Shown here: positions 43,962 to 55,616 of the stretch, one piece after another | Layout: the number at the start of each line of letters is the position of its first letter | How positions within the stretch are numbered: position 1 is the stretch's first letter | Origin: an uncultured Flavobacteriaceae bacterium | GTDB lineage: Bacteria > Bacteroidota > Bacteroidia > Flavobacteriales > Flavobacteriaceae | Length of the DNA stretch: 64,000 nucleotides | Direction of reading: 5' to 3' | Assembly: GCA_963779835.1 (NCBI GenBank) | Contig: CAVZZT010000005.1 | Location: 110,747-174,746, forward strand | Notes under the pieces: generated by a model | What the model was told of the DNA's origin: nothing | Seen by the model: the letters and a program-made list of their open reading frames with translations, nothing else | Database searches by the model: none | Translations under genes and position numbers: made by a program

Positions 43962-44064
43962 GCTGGAATTTTAATTTTTCCTAAAGTTGATAAAAACTGA
44001 GGATATAGTTTGTTGTTATTAGGTTAAAATGTACTTTATTTCGGTAGTTTAATTCTTTCAATTT

Positions 44065-45033
44065 ATGCTGAAACTTCAAAAAGTAACTTTTGCCTACAAT
44101 AAAGAACCAGTCCTAAAAAACATCAGTTTTAAGATTGAAAAAGGCCAGAATGTTTCAGTAATTGGTGAAAGTGGTTGCGGAAAAAGTACACTTTTAAAGC
44201 TTATTTACGGTCTGCTTCACACCGAGGGTAAAATTACCTGGGAGGATGAAGAAATGCTGGGACCTAACTTTAATCTTGTACCGGGAGAGCCATTTATTAA
44301 ATATCTCGCTCAGGATTTTGACCTCATGCTTCCCTTAACCGCCGCTGAAAATGTGGGGAAACATTTAAGCAACTTCTATCCTGTTAAAAAGAAGCGAAGA
44401 ATTAAAGAATTGCTGGAAGTGGTTGAAATGGAAGATCTGGCCGATAAAAAAGCAAAACTTCTTAGCGGAGGGCAGCAGCAAAGAATAGCTTTAGCACGTG
44501 CACTGGCCAAAGAACCCGAAATCCTTTTACTGGATGAACCTTTTAGCCATATAGATCATTTCAGAAAAAACAATTTAAGGCGAAGATTATTCACTTATCT
44601 AAAAGAACAGAATATCACCTGTATCATTGCAACTCATGATAGTACCGATGCGCTTTCCTTTGCAGACAGAACTTTTGTTCTAAAGAATTCCGGCATCTAT
44701 GCCGACGGAACTCCGGAAGAATTATATCAAAATCCGCCGAACAAATATGTTGCTTCCCTTTTTGGGGATGTAAATCATATCATGACCAAAAATCTTCTGA
44801 AAAATGACAAGGGAAGAAAACGGGTTGTTTTGTATCCTCATGAAATTAAAATCGTTCAGAGATCCTATATTACAGCAACTGTAAATCGCAGTTTTTTTAA
44901 AGGAGAAAGCTACCTTATTGAAGCAGATTTGAATGGAGAGCGGGTATTAATTGATCATCATAAAGATCTTCCGGAAGGCGAAAAGATAAAATTGGAAATC
45001 TCTAAAGAATTGATCGAAAAAAGGCTTAAATAA
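44065..45033 (+). CDS. ABC transporter ATP-binding protein
   Basis: GESGCGKST, LSGGQQQR, LLLDEP. Confidence 0.95.
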   Translation: MLKLQKVTFAYNKEPVLKNISFKIEKGQNVSVIGESGCGKSTLLKLIYGLLHTEGKITWEDEEMLGPNFNLVPGEPFIKYLAQDFDLMLPLTAAENVGKHLSNFYPVKKKRRIKELLEVVEMEDLADKKAKLLSGGQQQRIALARALAKEPEILLLDEPFSHIDHFRKNNLRRRLFTYLKEQNITCIIATHDSTDALSFADRTFVLKNSGIYADGTPEELYQNPPNKYVASLFGDVNHIMTKNLLKNDKGRKRVVLYPHEIKIVQRSYITATVNRSFFKGESYLIEADLNGERVLIDHHKDLPEGEKIKLEISKELIEKRLK

Positions 45034-45485
45034 CCTCTGTTATTTTAAAGGTTTTTCCGTTAAGGTTGAAATCATCTCCTTTTCCTTTACCTATCAATTG
45101 CCGGGCAATAGGAGCTTGAATTCCAACAGCATAGAATTTTTCATTTCCTGCCAGAATTTCACCAGCCGGGATAGATATAAAATAATTAGCGGTATCAGTT
45201 CTCACAATACTTCCTAAAATTATATTTCCGGAAGGTTTATGATCTTCTATTCTCTTAAGAATTTGAGCAGAGCCGGTCATATTCATTCAACTGAACACTT
45301 AATTTATTCCATTCGATATTGATCATTTCACGACCGGTTTCGAATTTATCCCCGGCACTGCTTTTAGATTCATTTTCCAAGTCTTCCTTTAGCCCATTCA
45401 TGGCTTTCCGGACTACGGAAACTCTCGTTTCAAGATATTCCTGGCAAGCCTCTATTAATTCATCACGTATAACAGCCTCCATCAT
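45026..45485 (-). CDS. GreA/GreB-like protein, split by one apparent +1 insertion near 45270
   Basis: KSSAGDKFETGR in the first frame, LGSIVRT...APIARQLIG in the second. Confidence 0.75.
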
Positions 45486-46153
45486 TCCAGAATAAATTTC
45501 CCATAATTCTGCATCTGCCTAACGATCCAGTTTTTCCTGCGTTGAATAAAACTTGAAGCAGGATTCGCCCTGTATTCCCTTGGGTTTGGTAAAACTGCAG
45601 CAATCGCTGCCGCCTCATAAGGCCCAAGTTCCGAAGCATTTTTCTTAAACCAGTGTTGAGATGCTGCCTGGGCTCCATAAACGCCTTTTCCCATTTCAAT
45701 ACTGTTGAGGTAAACCTCTAAAATTCGTTCCTTAGTCCAGATAATCTCAATTAAAAAAGTAAAGTAAGCCTCCAGGCCTTTTCTAAACCAGGTTCTACTT
45801 GGGAATAGAAAGACATTTTTGGCTGTTTGCTGAGATATGGTAGAAGCTCCCCGAACTTTTCTTCCGGAGCGATTGTCTTCCATAGCTTTTTGAATTGCTT
45901 CAAAATCGAAGCCACTGTGCTTGGCGAAATTCTGATCTTCACTTGCTATAACAGCCAGTTGCATGTGCCTGGAAATCTCTTCAATGGGCACCCATTCATG
46001 TTGAATATCTTCTTCAGGGTTTTCAAAATACCTGATTGCCATTAATGGAGTAAACGGAACCGGCACCCATTTATAAACAACTACAATAAGAATACTGAAA
46101 AGAAAAAGTCCGAGCAGGACTTTAAAAATGAATCTGAAGAATTTTTTTATCAT
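45482..46153 (-). CDS. mtgA: Monofunctional peptidoglycan transglycosylase
   Basis: SEDQNF, GASTISQQTAKN, RKGLE, EVYLN. Confidence 0.95.
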   Translation of the reverse strand: MIKKFFRFIFKVLLGLFLFSILIVVVYKWVPVPFTPLMAIRYFENPEEDIQHEWVPIEEISRHMQLAVIASEDQNFAKHSGFDFEAIQKAMEDNRSGRKVRGASTISQQTAKNVFLFPSRTWFRKGLEAYFTFLIEIIWTKERILEVYLNSIEMGKGVYGAQAASQHWFKKNASELGPYEAAAIAAVLPNPREYRANPASSFIQRRKNWIVRQMQNYGKFILE

Positions 46154-47273
46154 GATCTGGTTGCCAGGTCTGCGATCTCTTTTCCAACAAGGCTACCAAT
46201 GGCAACTCCCATTCCTCCGAGTCTTACTCCGCAAAACACATTATTTGAAATTTCTTTTATCAATGGTTTCTTTTGTTCTCCCACACCCATTATTCCGCTC
46301 CATGATTGCTGGATCTCAAAGTCGGTTTCCGGGAGAATGGTAGTTTTCAAAAGCTCTTTTAATTTATTCTGAATGAGATCGGTTAATCCGGTTTTATCAG
46401 TTTCCTCAGCATTAAAATCAAGGTTCCTTCCGCCACCAAACAATACCCGGTTCCCAATATTACGAAAATAATAATAGCCTTTATCAAGATGGAAGGTTCC
46501 TTTAATACGCAAGATCTGGAATTGGTTTGGTGATTAGCACCTGGGCCCTGGCAGGTTTAACCTGTTCTATCCCAAGCCTGGATGCAAACCCGTTGGTAGC
46601 TATTACAAGCCTGGAAGTATTCACTGAAAACCCACCTGTATTTACCTTAATACTTCCTTCGTTTTCTTCAAAGGAACTTACTTCAACCCCGTTTAAAATT
46701 CGAATTCCTTTATGAATTGCTTTTCTAACCAGGACGCTCATCATTTTACCGGTATCTATCTGCGCTTCAAATTTATTGAAAACCAGTTTTGGCTGAATAT
46801 TTTTGAATCCGAAATGATTTTCAGCAATCTCGAAAACATCATCAGAGAAAACCGGATGGAGAAGCCTGTTTATTTCAGGAATCTTTTCAAGACACTCCTC
46901 ATACAATTCCCTATCCTTTTCTGAAAACAATTCGTAACCTCCATTTTTTTGATAGTCTATCGCGACATCTCCCAAGATTATTTCGAAGCAATTGCAGACC
47001 GTTCACGCGCTTTTGAACCAGTTCAACAACTTCTGCTTCAGAATGATGTTTAAGATCGTCCAGAATCTCCGAAATACTTCCAAAACAGGCAAAACCCGCA
47101 TTCTTTGTACTTGCCCCTTCAGGTAACATTCCTTTTTCCAGAATAAGTATCCTGGAATCGGGTTTAAGTTCTTTAAGTCGTAGCGCACAATTAAGGCCGG
47201 TAATTCCGCTTCCAATAATACAGTAGTCAATATCGGAAAACCAGGAATCAGTTTCCCAAAAGGAGAAATTCAT
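46150..47273 (-). CDS. FAD-dependent oxidoreductase (DAO/PuuB-like), in three frames due to two apparent +1 insertions
   Basis: IIGSGITG, GASTKNAG, IATNG, WSGIMG, GGMGVAIG across the three ORF pieces. Confidence 0.85.
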
Positions 47274-47315
47274 AGATAGATTTTTCTTAGGCTGAAATTA
47301 CAAAATATTAAGCAT

Positions 47316-47341
47316 AAAAAACCCCGGTAAGACCGGGGTTT
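47316..47341 (-). terminator. accC terminator
   Basis: AACCCCGGT/ACCGGGGTT stem with A-tract. Confidence 0.8.
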
Positions 47342-47344
47342 ATA

Positions 47345-48697
47345 TTATTCCTCTTCCTGAGGTTTCATCTTGAAATCCTCCATGAATTTCGTAGTATAAT
47401 TTCCTTCAACATAATCAGGATGATCCATCAATTGCCTGTGAAACGGAATGGTTGTTTTCACTCCTTCTATAACAAACTCATCCAGAGCACGCTTCATCTT
47501 ATTGATAGCCTCTTCCCGGGTTTGAGCGGTAGTGATCAATTTAGCGATCATAGAATCATAGTTGGGCGGAATGATATATCCGCTATAAACATGGGTATCT
47601 ATTCTAACCCCGTGACCTCCCGGTGCATGAAGATTCGTGATCTTACCTGGTGATGGCCTGAAGTTATGATAAGGATCTTCCGCGTTAATTCTACATTCTA
47701 TAGAGTGTAATTGTGGAAAATAATTCTTTCCTGAAATTGGCACTCCTGCCGCAACAAGAATTTGCTCACGAATAAGGTCATAATCTATTACCTGTTCGGT
47801 AATTGGATGTTCCACCTGGATACGTGTATTCATTTCCATGAAGTAAAAGTTCCTGTGCTTATCTACAAGGAATTCTACCGTACCGGCTCCTTCATATTTG
47901 ATATATTCTGCTGCTTTTACCGCGGCATCTCCCATTTTCTTACGGAGAGTATCCGTCATAAAAGGAGAAGGTGTTTCTTCAGTTAACTTCTGGTGACGAC
48001 GTTGTACCGAACAATCTCTTTCTGAAAGGTGACATGCTTTTCCACTGCTATCTCCAACGATTTGTATTTCGATATGGCGAGGCTCCTCAATAAGCTTCTC
48101 CATATACATCCCGTCGTTTCCAAAAGAGGCATCAGCTTCTTTTCTTGCAGATTCCCAGGCTGGTTCAAGTTCTTCTTCTTTCCAAACGGCACGCATACCT
48201 TTACCACCACCACCGGCAGTAGCTTTCAGCATTACCGGAAATCCGATCTCTTTTGCAAGGCTCAGACACTCTTTAAAATCTTTGATAATTCCTTCAGATC
48301 CCGGAACACAAGGTACCCCAGCCGCTCTCATCGTAGCTTTGGCAGTTGCCTTATCTCCCATTTTCGATATCATTTCGGGAGAAGCACCAATAAATTTAAT
48401 CTCGTGCTCTTCACATATTTTTGAAAACTTCGCATTTTCAGAAAGGAAACCATATCCTGGATGAATAGCATCTGCATTGGTGATTTCAGCCGCAGCAATG
48501 ATATTCGATATTTTAAGATAAGAAAGGTTACTTGGTGCGGGTCCTATACAAACGGCCTCATCAGCAAATCTAACATGCAGACTTTCGGCATCTGCAGTTG
48601 AATATACCGCAACCGTTTTTATACCCATTTCCTTGCAGGTTCTAATCACACGTAAAGCGATCTCCCCTCTGTTTGCAATCAATATTTTTTTAAACAT
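47345..48697 (-). CDS. accC: Biotin carboxylase
   Basis: [27 protein letters not shown]. Confidence 0.98.
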   Translation of the reverse strand: MFKKILIANRGEIALRVIRTCKEMGIKTVAVYSTADAESLHVRFADEAVCIGPAPSNLSYLKISNIIAAAEITNADAIHPGYGFLSENAKFSKICEEHEIKFIGASPEMISKMGDKATAKATMRAAGVPCVPGSEGIIKDFKECLSLAKEIGFPVMLKATAGGGGKGMRAVWKEEELEPAWESARKEADASFGNDGMYMEKLIEEPRHIEIQIVGDSSGKACHLSERDCSVQRRHQKLTEETPSPFMTDTLRKKMGDAAVKAAEYIKYEGAGTVEFLVDKHRNFYFMEMNTRIQVEHPITEQVIDYDLIREQILVAAGVPISGKNYFPQLHSIECRINAEDPYHNFRPSPGKITNLHAPGGHGVRIDTHVYSGYIIPPNYDSMIAKLITTAQTREEAINKMKRALDEFVIEGVKTTIPFHRQLMDHPDYVEGNYTTKFMEDFKMKPQEEE

Positions 48698-48762
48698 ACC
48701 TAGTTGCTTTTAAAGTTCTGAAGCCCATAAATGGGCTTTCAGTTGTTAAAATGGGCAGTAAA

Positions 48763-49269
48763 TTATGACGGATCTACTAAAAATAAAGGCTGATCAAATT
48801 CTACCGGAGAAGAATCTTCAACAAGTACTTTTACGATCTTTCCGGAAACTTCGCTTTCAATTTCATTGAAAAGTTTCATTGCTTCAATGATACAAAGTAC
48901 ATCTCCTTCTTTGATAGTATCTCCAACTTCAGCAAACGTAGGCTTGTCTGGAGAAGGCTTTCTGTAAAAAGTACCAATAATTGGAGATTTTACAGTAATA
49001 TATTTTGAATCGTCTTCCTCTGCAGAATCCTTTGATTCCTTCTGTGGTGCAGCACTCTCCTGAGGTGCAGGAGCCTGTTGTTGTTGCGGCTGTTGTGCTG
49101 GCATTTGAGGCATCTGGCCTCCAACCGGCATCTGTTGTACTATGGTTGGTTCCTTATCGTCTGAACCTGTTCTAATGGTAATTTTCACATCTCCTGTTTC
49201 CAGTTTTACCTCACTTGCGCCAGACTTGGCGACAAATTTTATCAGATTCTGAATTTCTTTTAAATCCAT
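48763..49269 (-). CDS. accB: Biotin carboxyl carrier protein
   Basis: EAMKLFNEI. Confidence 0.97.
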   Translation of the reverse strand: MDLKEIQNLIKFVAKSGASEVKLETGDVKITIRTGSDDKEPTIVQQMPVGGQMPQMPAQQPQQQQAPAPQESAAPQKESKDSAEEDDSKYITVKSPIIGTFYRKPSPDKPTFAEVGDTIKEGDVLCIIEAMKLFNEIESEVSGKIVKVLVEDSSPVEFDQPLFLVDPS

Positions 49270-49288
49270 AATAATTGGTGTTGGTTTT

Positions 49289-50287
49289 TTATGAGTTATA
49301 AGCCCATTTTAGGTAAGCAGCTCCCCATGTGAAGCCACCTCCGAAAGAGGCAAATATTAAATTATCTCCTTTTTTAAAGTCCTTTTCGTAATCACTTAAT
49401 AATAATGGTAATGTTGCGGAAGTAGTATTACCATATCTCTGGATATTCATCAGAACCTTTTTTTCATCATGAAGGTTCATTCTGTTAGCCGTCGCATCAA
49501 TTATTCGCTTATTCGCCTGATGGGCAACCAGCCAGTTCACATCTTCATTGGTTAGATTGTTTCTTTCCATGATCTGAGCACTTACATCTGCCATATTCGA
49601 AACAGCAAATTTGAAAACTGTTTTCCCATCCTGCTGAACGTAATGAAGCTTTTTGGCTATAGTTTCTTCAGTAGGAGGCATTAAAGATCCACCCGCAGCG
49701 ATCTTAAGAGAATTTCTACCTATGGAATCGCTTCTAAGAATTTCATCCTGTAATCCTAGACCTTCAGTATTAGGCTCCATAAGCACTGCGCCAGCTCCAT
49801 CCCCAAAAATGATACAGGTAGTACGATCCGTATAATCTATAATTGAAGACATTTTATCTGCGCCAATCACGACTACCTTTTTATATCTGCCTGACTCAAT
49901 AAATGCGGCCCCGGTAGACATTCCATACAGAAATCCTGAACACGCTGCCTGCAAATCATAAGCAAATGCGTTTACGGCACCAATCTCAGTCGCAACATGT
50001 ACACCGGTAGCTGCTACTGGCATATCTGGTGTGGCCGTTGCTAGAATTATTAAGTCTATTTCTTTAGGATCCAGGTTTTTCTTATGAAGTAAATCTTTTA
50101 CTGCCTGGATGGCTAGATATGAAGTTCCTTTTGTTGGGTCTTTGAGTATTCTTCTTTCTTTAATTCCTGTCCTGCTGGTGATCCATTCATCTGTCGTATC
50201 TACCATTTCCTCCAACAGCTTGTTGGTTAAAACATCTTCAGGCACATATGCACCTACAGCCGTAATCGCCGCTGTGATTTTGTTCAT
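49289..50287 (-). CDS. fabH: 3-oxoacyl-ACP synthase III
   Basis: AACSGF, FGDGAGA, HQAN, GNT, FGGGFTWG. Confidence 0.97.
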   Translation of the reverse strand: MNKITAAITAVGAYVPEDVLTNKLLEEMVDTTDEWITSRTGIKERRILKDPTKGTSYLAIQAVKDLLHKKNLDPKEIDLIILATATPDMPVAATGVHVATEIGAVNAFAYDLQAACSGFLYGMSTGAAFIESGRYKKVVVIGADKMSSIIDYTDRTTCIIFGDGAGAVLMEPNTEGLGLQDEILRSDSIGRNSLKIAAGGSLMPPTEETIAKKLHYVQQDGKTVFKFAVSNMADVSAQIMERNNLTNEDVNWLVAHQANKRIIDATANRMNLHDEKKVLMNIQRYGNTTSATLPLLLSDYEKDFKKGDNLIFASFGGGFTWGAAYLKWAYNS

Positions 50288-50466
50288 AAATTTGGATTTA
50301 ATTCACCCTTCATCGGTCCCGGAATAATCTCTACATTCTTAGAAAATTACTAAATATTCTTCTAACCGGCGTGCAAATTAAGGTCTTTTTAGGACTTAAT
50401 CAACTAAAAACAAAAAACTCCCACTAAGTGAGAGTTTCCTATATTTTTTGAAGCTCCTTTCTTAAA

Positions 50467-50664
50467 TTAAGCTTCTACTTCTTCAGTATTGTCGATTAAT
50501 ACCTGACCGCGGTAATAAAGTTTACCTTCGTGCCAGTGAGCTCTGTGATAAAGGTGTGCTTCACCTGTTACAGAATCTACAGCCACTTTTGGAGCTGAAG
50601 CTTTATAATGTGTTCTTCTCTTATCTCTTCTGGTTTTCGAGATTTTTCTCTTTGGATGTGCCAT
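50467..50664 (-). CDS. rpmF: 50S ribosomal protein L32
   Basis: [19 protein letters not shown]. Confidence 0.97.
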   Translation of the reverse strand: MAHPKRKISKTRRDKRRTHYKASAPKVAVDSVTGEAHLYHRAHWHEGKLYYRGQVLIDNTEEVEA

Positions 50665-50677
50665 GGCTTCCTATTAA

Positions 50678-51211
50678 TTATTCGTTTAGTAAATTTTTTA
50701 ATTTGTCCCAGCGAGGATCTATATCGTCCTCATTTTTCTTTTTCTGATTTTTCAAACTAAGCTCTTCTAGCTTATCAAGTACATCAGATTCTAATGTTCC
50801 GTCTTCAACTCCCGGATGAATTCTTTTCGCAGGTACAGATAGTACCACCAGCTCATATATATATTGCTGAATATTCACTTCATAATCTCCATGCGGAAGA
50901 ATAAGAAGATCTTCATCTTCGTTGTTGAATTCATCACCAAATTTGATCACCAAAAATAATTCACTATCTATTGGCTGATCATATGGCTCATTTGTAATAT
51001 CGCAATTAACATTTACTGTTCCCGTCGCTGTGAAGGTAAGCTCCATCATGGTGCTTTTCTTCTCAAACAACAGATCGATCTTTACATCTGCGCTATTGAA
51101 TTCCTCGTACTCAAAATGTTCAAAGAACCTGTTATCTAATTCGTACTCAAACTGGTGTTTCCCAAGCTTTAATCCCTTGAAAGGAATTGTAAACTCTGCT
51201 AAGTTCCTCAT
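50678..51211 (-). CDS. YceD/DUF177 family protein
   Basis: Upstream of rpmF, ends DPRWDKLK. Confidence 0.9.
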   Translation of the reverse strand: MRNLAEFTIPFKGLKLGKHQFEYELDNRFFEHFEYEEFNSADVKIDLLFEKKSTMMELTFTATGTVNVNCDITNEPYDQPIDSELFLVIKFGDEFNNEDEDLLILPHGDYEVNIQQYIYELVVLSVPAKRIHPGVEDGTLESDVLDKLEELSLKNQKKKNEDDIDPRWDKLKNLLNE

Positions 51212-51306
51212 CTCTCCTCAGTTTTGAGTGCCCAACATTTCCGTTAAGGCGGGTGCAAAGATATAAAAATTAATTAATTATGCTCTTTTTATAAACAAAT
51301 TTTTGT

Positions 51307-52353
51307 TTATATCTTCTTGCCTTGTTTCTTCAACGGATTTTCCGTCAAACCCTTATATTCTTCTCTGGCTTTGTATATCTCGATTGCTTTAAAAACTGCT
51401 TCTTTAAAGGAGTTGATATTTGCTTCATTCTTACCGGCAATCTCAAAAGCGGTACCGTGATCTGGCGAAGTTCTTACTTTCTTAAGACCTGCTGTAAAAT
51501 TCACACCTCTACCAAAAGATAATGTTTTAAATGGAATTAACCCCTGATCGTGATACGAGGCAACTACGGCATCAAAATTTTTATAATTTTTGGAACCAAA
51601 GAAACTATCTGCAGAATATGGCCCAAAAACCAAATCGCCGCGATCTCTTATTTTTTGAATTGTTGGTTTTAGCGTCTCTTCATCTTCTTTACCAATTACC
51701 CCATTATCGCCACTATGCGGATTGATCCCCAGAACAGCAATTCTGGGCTTCTGAACTCTGAAATCCTGCTTTAAAGTAGCTTGAATAATTTTAATCTTCT
51801 TCTCAATTAACTCCGGGGTAATCACTGAAGCTATATCTTTTAAAGCTACATGATCTGTTAAAAGTCCGATTTTAAGATTATCGGTGATCATAAACATGAG
51901 ACTTTCCCCTCCAAGTTCCTGCGCCAGGTAATCTGTATGTCCCGGAAATTTAAATTTATCAGACTGGATCGTTGCTTTATTAATAGGTGCAGTAACCAGC
52001 ACATCAATTTCATCCTTTTTCAAAGCTGAAGTAGCCGCTTCCAAAGATTTAAAAGCGAAGTCTCCAATGGTAGTATCCTCTTCTCCAAATTTAATATTCA
52101 CATTTTCCTTCCATACGTTCATCACATTTATTTTGCCATCAATAGCTTTGGAAGGATGATCTATTCCTTGAAAATTTAGTGAAAGTTTATAATGCTTCTT
52201 CAGAAAGTTGATGATCTTCGATGAAGCGAAGATGATCGGGGTGCAAAAATCCAACATTCTGGAATCTTCAAAAGTCTTCAGCACAATTTCACTTCCTATC
52301 CCATTTAAATCTCCAATGCTAATTCCTAATTTGATCATTTCACCTTGTTTCAT
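51307..52353 (-). CDS. pdxA: 4-hydroxythreonine-4-phosphate dehydrogenase
   Basis: GDLNGIG, TAPINK, GHT, NPH, YHDQG, RTSPDHGTA. Confidence 0.95.
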   Translation of the reverse strand: MKQGEMIKLGISIGDLNGIGSEIVLKTFEDSRMLDFCTPIIFASSKIINFLKKHYKLSLNFQGIDHPSKAIDGKINVMNVWKENVNIKFGEEDTTIGDFAFKSLEAATSALKKDEIDVLVTAPINKATIQSDKFKFPGHTDYLAQELGGESLMFMITDNLKIGLLTDHVALKDIASVITPELIEKKIKIIQATLKQDFRVQKPRIAVLGINPHSGDNGVIGKEDEETLKPTIQKIRDRGDLVFGPYSADSFFGSKNYKNFDAVVASYHDQGLIPFKTLSFGRGVNFTAGLKKVRTSPDHGTAFEIAGKNEANINSFKEAVFKAIEIYKAREEYKGLTENPLKKQGKKI

Positions 52354-52414
52354 AAAGTTTCCCGATATAATATTTTAATTTTACACACAAATGTAACCAT
52401 TATTATAGAAAACA

Positions 52415-53002
52415 ATGTTCACAGGAATAGTTGAAGAAATAGGAAAAATTACCAGTCTGGAAAAATCCGGCGATAATCTCAATATTAAGGTAAGAGCAAA
52501 AATGACTCCTGAGCTAAAAATTGATCAGAGTGTAGCTCATAATGGTGTTTGTTTAACTGTGGTTTCTATAGATGAAGAGGAATATGTCATTACAGCGGTA
52601 AAAGAAACGCTGGATAAAACCAATCTCGGTAAATTAAAATCCGGAGATCCGGTTAACCTTGAAAGAGGCATGAAATTAGGCGACAGACTTGACGGTCATA
52701 TTGTACAGGGGCATGTTGATCAAACTGGTAAATGCAAAGAAATTAAAGAGGCCAATGGTAGCTGGGAATTTACCTTTGAGTATGATCCAGCAATAGGAAA
52801 CCTCACTATTGAAAAAGGATCTATTACCATTAACGGCGTAAGCCTCACGGTTGTGAATTCAAAGAAAAAAGAATTTAGCGTCGCAATAATTCCATATACC
52901 TATAATCATACTACTTTTAAAGACTTGAAAAAAGGGGATGTGGTAAATCTTGAATTTGACGTGATAGGAAAATATGTGAAGAGAATTAGCGAGTTTTCTT
53001 AA
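52415..53002 (+). CDS. ribE: Riboflavin synthase (alpha chain)
   Basis: MFTGIVE, GVCLTV, GHIVQGHVD. Confidence 0.93.
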   Translation: MFTGIVEEIGKITSLEKSGDNLNIKVRAKMTPELKIDQSVAHNGVCLTVVSIDEEEYVITAVKETLDKTNLGKLKSGDPVNLERGMKLGDRLDGHIVQGHVDQTGKCKEIKEANGSWEFTFEYDPAIGNLTIEKGSITINGVSLTVVNSKKKEFSVAIIPYTYNHTTFKDLKKGDVVNLEFDVIGKYVKRISEFS

Positions 53003-53295
53003 GAAGGCTGAAAATCACGAATCTTATAGCAGCCATACATTACCCCCACCGCCATTAAAATATAGACATAATCATCTATGGGAAGACAAAGTCCTACCGG
53101 CGGTGGCACTCCATTACCGTTGCCATTCCCATTACCGTTACCATTACCATTCCCATTGCCAGGATCACAGGGTGGTCCCTTACGCGCTTTTTGCGTTGGA
53201 TTTGGAGGACCATCCCCACCTTTTTGGCCATACGAAGCAACCGCAACCCCTAAAAAAAGTGTCAAAATCAGGAATATACATCTAAGCTGCTTCAT
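52999..53295 (-). CDS. Small secreted protein with Gly-Asn repeats and a PID-CTERM-like sorting tail
   Basis: Signal peptide, (GN)n linker, PPPVGLCLPIDDY, TM segment and basic tail. Confidence 0.75.
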   Translation of the reverse strand: MKQLRCIFLILTLFLGVAVASYGQKGGDGPPNPTQKARKGPPCDPGNGNGNGNGNGNGNGNGVPPPVGLCLPIDDYVYILMAVGVMYGCYKIRDFQPS

Positions 53296-53779
53296 TGACG
53301 TACGGTAAATACTTTCGGCAAAAGCCGGTTTAAATTTAATTTTCTTTTACGAAGGTAAGAATTTTCCACTACTGTTTGAATTGAACAATCCTCATAGGAT
53401 AATTCCCAACAAACTTATAATGTAATATCTACGTAATTAATCTGGGCTAAGTTCTAGAAAAAATCTCTCGGTTCAAATTAATAAAATAAAATTTTAGTAA
53501 TAACGAACTACTTCACATTTTTCAAATTTAGACAATAAGTAAATCCATTTCAACAATTATAGTCTGATTTTTATCAAAATTTAAATGTAACTATCTTTAA
53601 AATAGAAGTTTAAGGTGATTTAATTTTACTTGAAAGTACAAATAAAATTAAACCCAATATAATATTCCACTAAAGTTATATTATTGGAGGGAATGTTTTT
53701 AATATTCTTCTTAAACAGAAGCTTTAATTTTTAAAAATGAGAAAAGCCTCACATCTCTGCAAGGCTTTAATTATACAAG

Positions 53780-53827
53780 TGGTCCCACTTGGGCTCGAAC
53801 CAAGGACCACCTGATTATGAGTCAGGT
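53780..53827 (-). repeat. att site: 3' fragment of a tRNA(CAU), probably Ile2
   Basis: Reverse complement CCTGA-CT-CAT-AA-TCAGG TGGTC CTTGGTTCGAGCCCAAG TGGGACCA; D-arm and 5' acceptor strand absent. Confidence 0.88.
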
Positions 53828-53983
53828 TTTTTTACTTTTCATCTAATTGCATTTATTTTCATATCCCTTTAATTATAGGGCTTAAGAAAATTTAATTTTG
53901 CTTTTAATTTCTTTTAATGTAGCTTTAAACACCTATTTGTTGTCCCTATATTGTACCCAATATGAATTTAAAACTAGAATTCT

Positions 53984-55255
53984 ATGGCCTCGACTTAAAA
54001 CTGTATTAAGAAAGAAAAAGCTGAAAAATGGTAAATATCCTGTCAATCGCTTAGAGTAACTAAGGATAGAGAAATCAAAGTATTTTCAAAACTCCATTTG
54101 AAGCAAGTCCAAAAGAATGGGATTCCAAAAAAGGTAGGTTATAGCAGTCGAAATGGCAAATCATCGAAAGCAAACAGACTTATAGGTAAAATTGAAGATC
54201 GAGCTCTGGAGGCCATTTCAGATCTTGAAATGAACCAGGAATATTATTCGCTAGAACAGTTCGAAAGGAAGTTCCGAGTGCAAACAAATCCATTAGGTGA
54301 CAGTTTTATTAGATTCTGGGAAGAGATCATAGATGAAATGAAATCTGCCGGTAAAATTGGAAACGCCGCGGTGAACAAAGAAACCAAAAGCTCGATGCTA
54401 AAGTTCGCAAAAGCTACAGATCTAAAGTTTGGAGACATTAGTGTAGAGTTCCTGGAGAAGTATGAAGTTTACCTTAGGTCCAGAGGTGGAACCGATGGAG
54501 GGATTGGAGTTAAGATGCGAGCTTTAAGAGCAATTTTTAACCGGGCCATTAAAAGAGAAATTATCTCAGATAAAACTTATCCCTTTAAAAACTACAAAGT
54601 TTCTAAACTTAAAAGCAAGGGAATTAAAAAGGCTTTGAATCTTGAAGAGGTTCATAAAATTCAAAATCTGGACTTAAAAGATTCACCTCATCTAATAGAT
54701 AGCAGGAATTATTTTGTTTTTAGTTTTTATACCAGGGGGATGAATTTCGCAGATATGATGAAATTGAAATGGACAGATATTCATTCAGACCGGATACATT
54801 ACCAAAGATCCAAGACCAAGGGGAATTTCACCATTAAAATTCTTCCACCGGTTCAGGAGATCCTGGATTATTATAAAGGTAATCCTCATTACGTCTTCCC
54901 AATTTTACTTAGACGAAATATGACACCCAACCAAATTGACAATCGCAAAAGAAAGGTATTAAAGAAATATAATAAGGACCTAAGGGAACTGGCAGCTATG
55001 GCTGAAATTCAAAAGACAATTACCAGCTATGTCGCAAGGCATAGTTATGCGAATTGTATGAAGCAAAGTGGAGCTGCCACTGAAATCATTAGTGAATCTA
55101 TGGGACACCAGGATGTAAAAACCACTAATGCCTACCTAAAGGAATTAGATACTTCTGTACTTGATGATGCTAATCAAATATTACTTCAAAATTTAAGAAA
55201 TTTTTATTGGGATATAAAGAATTCTGAAAGTAAAACACTGAATATTAACACTTGA
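53984..55255 (+). CDS. Tyrosine recombinase/integrase (Bacteroidetes Arm-DNA-binding type), N-terminus frameshifted
   Basis: RGMNFAD, RSKT, YVARHSYA, MGH...TNAY; pieces KTVLRKKKLKNGKYP, LRVTKDR and PFEASPKEWD lie in alternating frames from the ATG at 53984. Confidence 0.9.
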
Positions 55256-55485
55256 AATTATTTATTTTCATTATTTGTCAACTTTTCTTCGTTAATAAAT
55301 TTTTAATTATTTGACTATCAGTCAATTAACACTTTTTCCTTAATAACTTTTTCTGACCGATTTGTTAATGGTCGGAATGTACTTCGTATTTTAGCTTTAG
55401 TTCTTTGAATAGAATGAAAAAAGCCAGACAGTTTGCACACCTCTGGCTTCTTTTCTAACTGAGTAGTAATCTAAATTCCACAAAA

Positions 55486-55569
55486 ATGATTGAGAATTTA
55501 GAAAACATCAGGACCATTCTCGAAATTATTGTCCTGATATTAGAGTTATATAGGCAAAGGCCTCGATAA
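55486..55569 (+). CDS. Putative 27-aa type I toxin-like peptide
   Basis: MIENLENIRTILEIIVLILELYRQRPR; A-rich TIR, upstream TATTTTAG, downstream terminator. Confidence 0.55.
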   Translation: MIENLENIRTILEIIVLILELYRQRPR

Positions 55570-55581
55570 CTTTAACTTTTC

Positions 55582-55616
55582 AACCCGTTTTCATTGAAAT
55601 GAAAGCGGGTTTTTTT
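55582..55616 (+). terminator. Terminator after the small ORF
   Basis: AACCCGTTTTCATT/AATGAAAGCGGGTT stem followed by T-tract. Confidence 0.8.

Noticed and set aside
53300-53740. Long AT-rich gap before the att site
   Set aside because: No convincing ORF, repeat or structure found by eye; probably promoter region for the PID-CTERM-like gene
53780-53827. Functional tRNA-Met/Ile2 gene
   Set aside because: The 5' half is missing and replaced by a T-tract; treated as an att remnant
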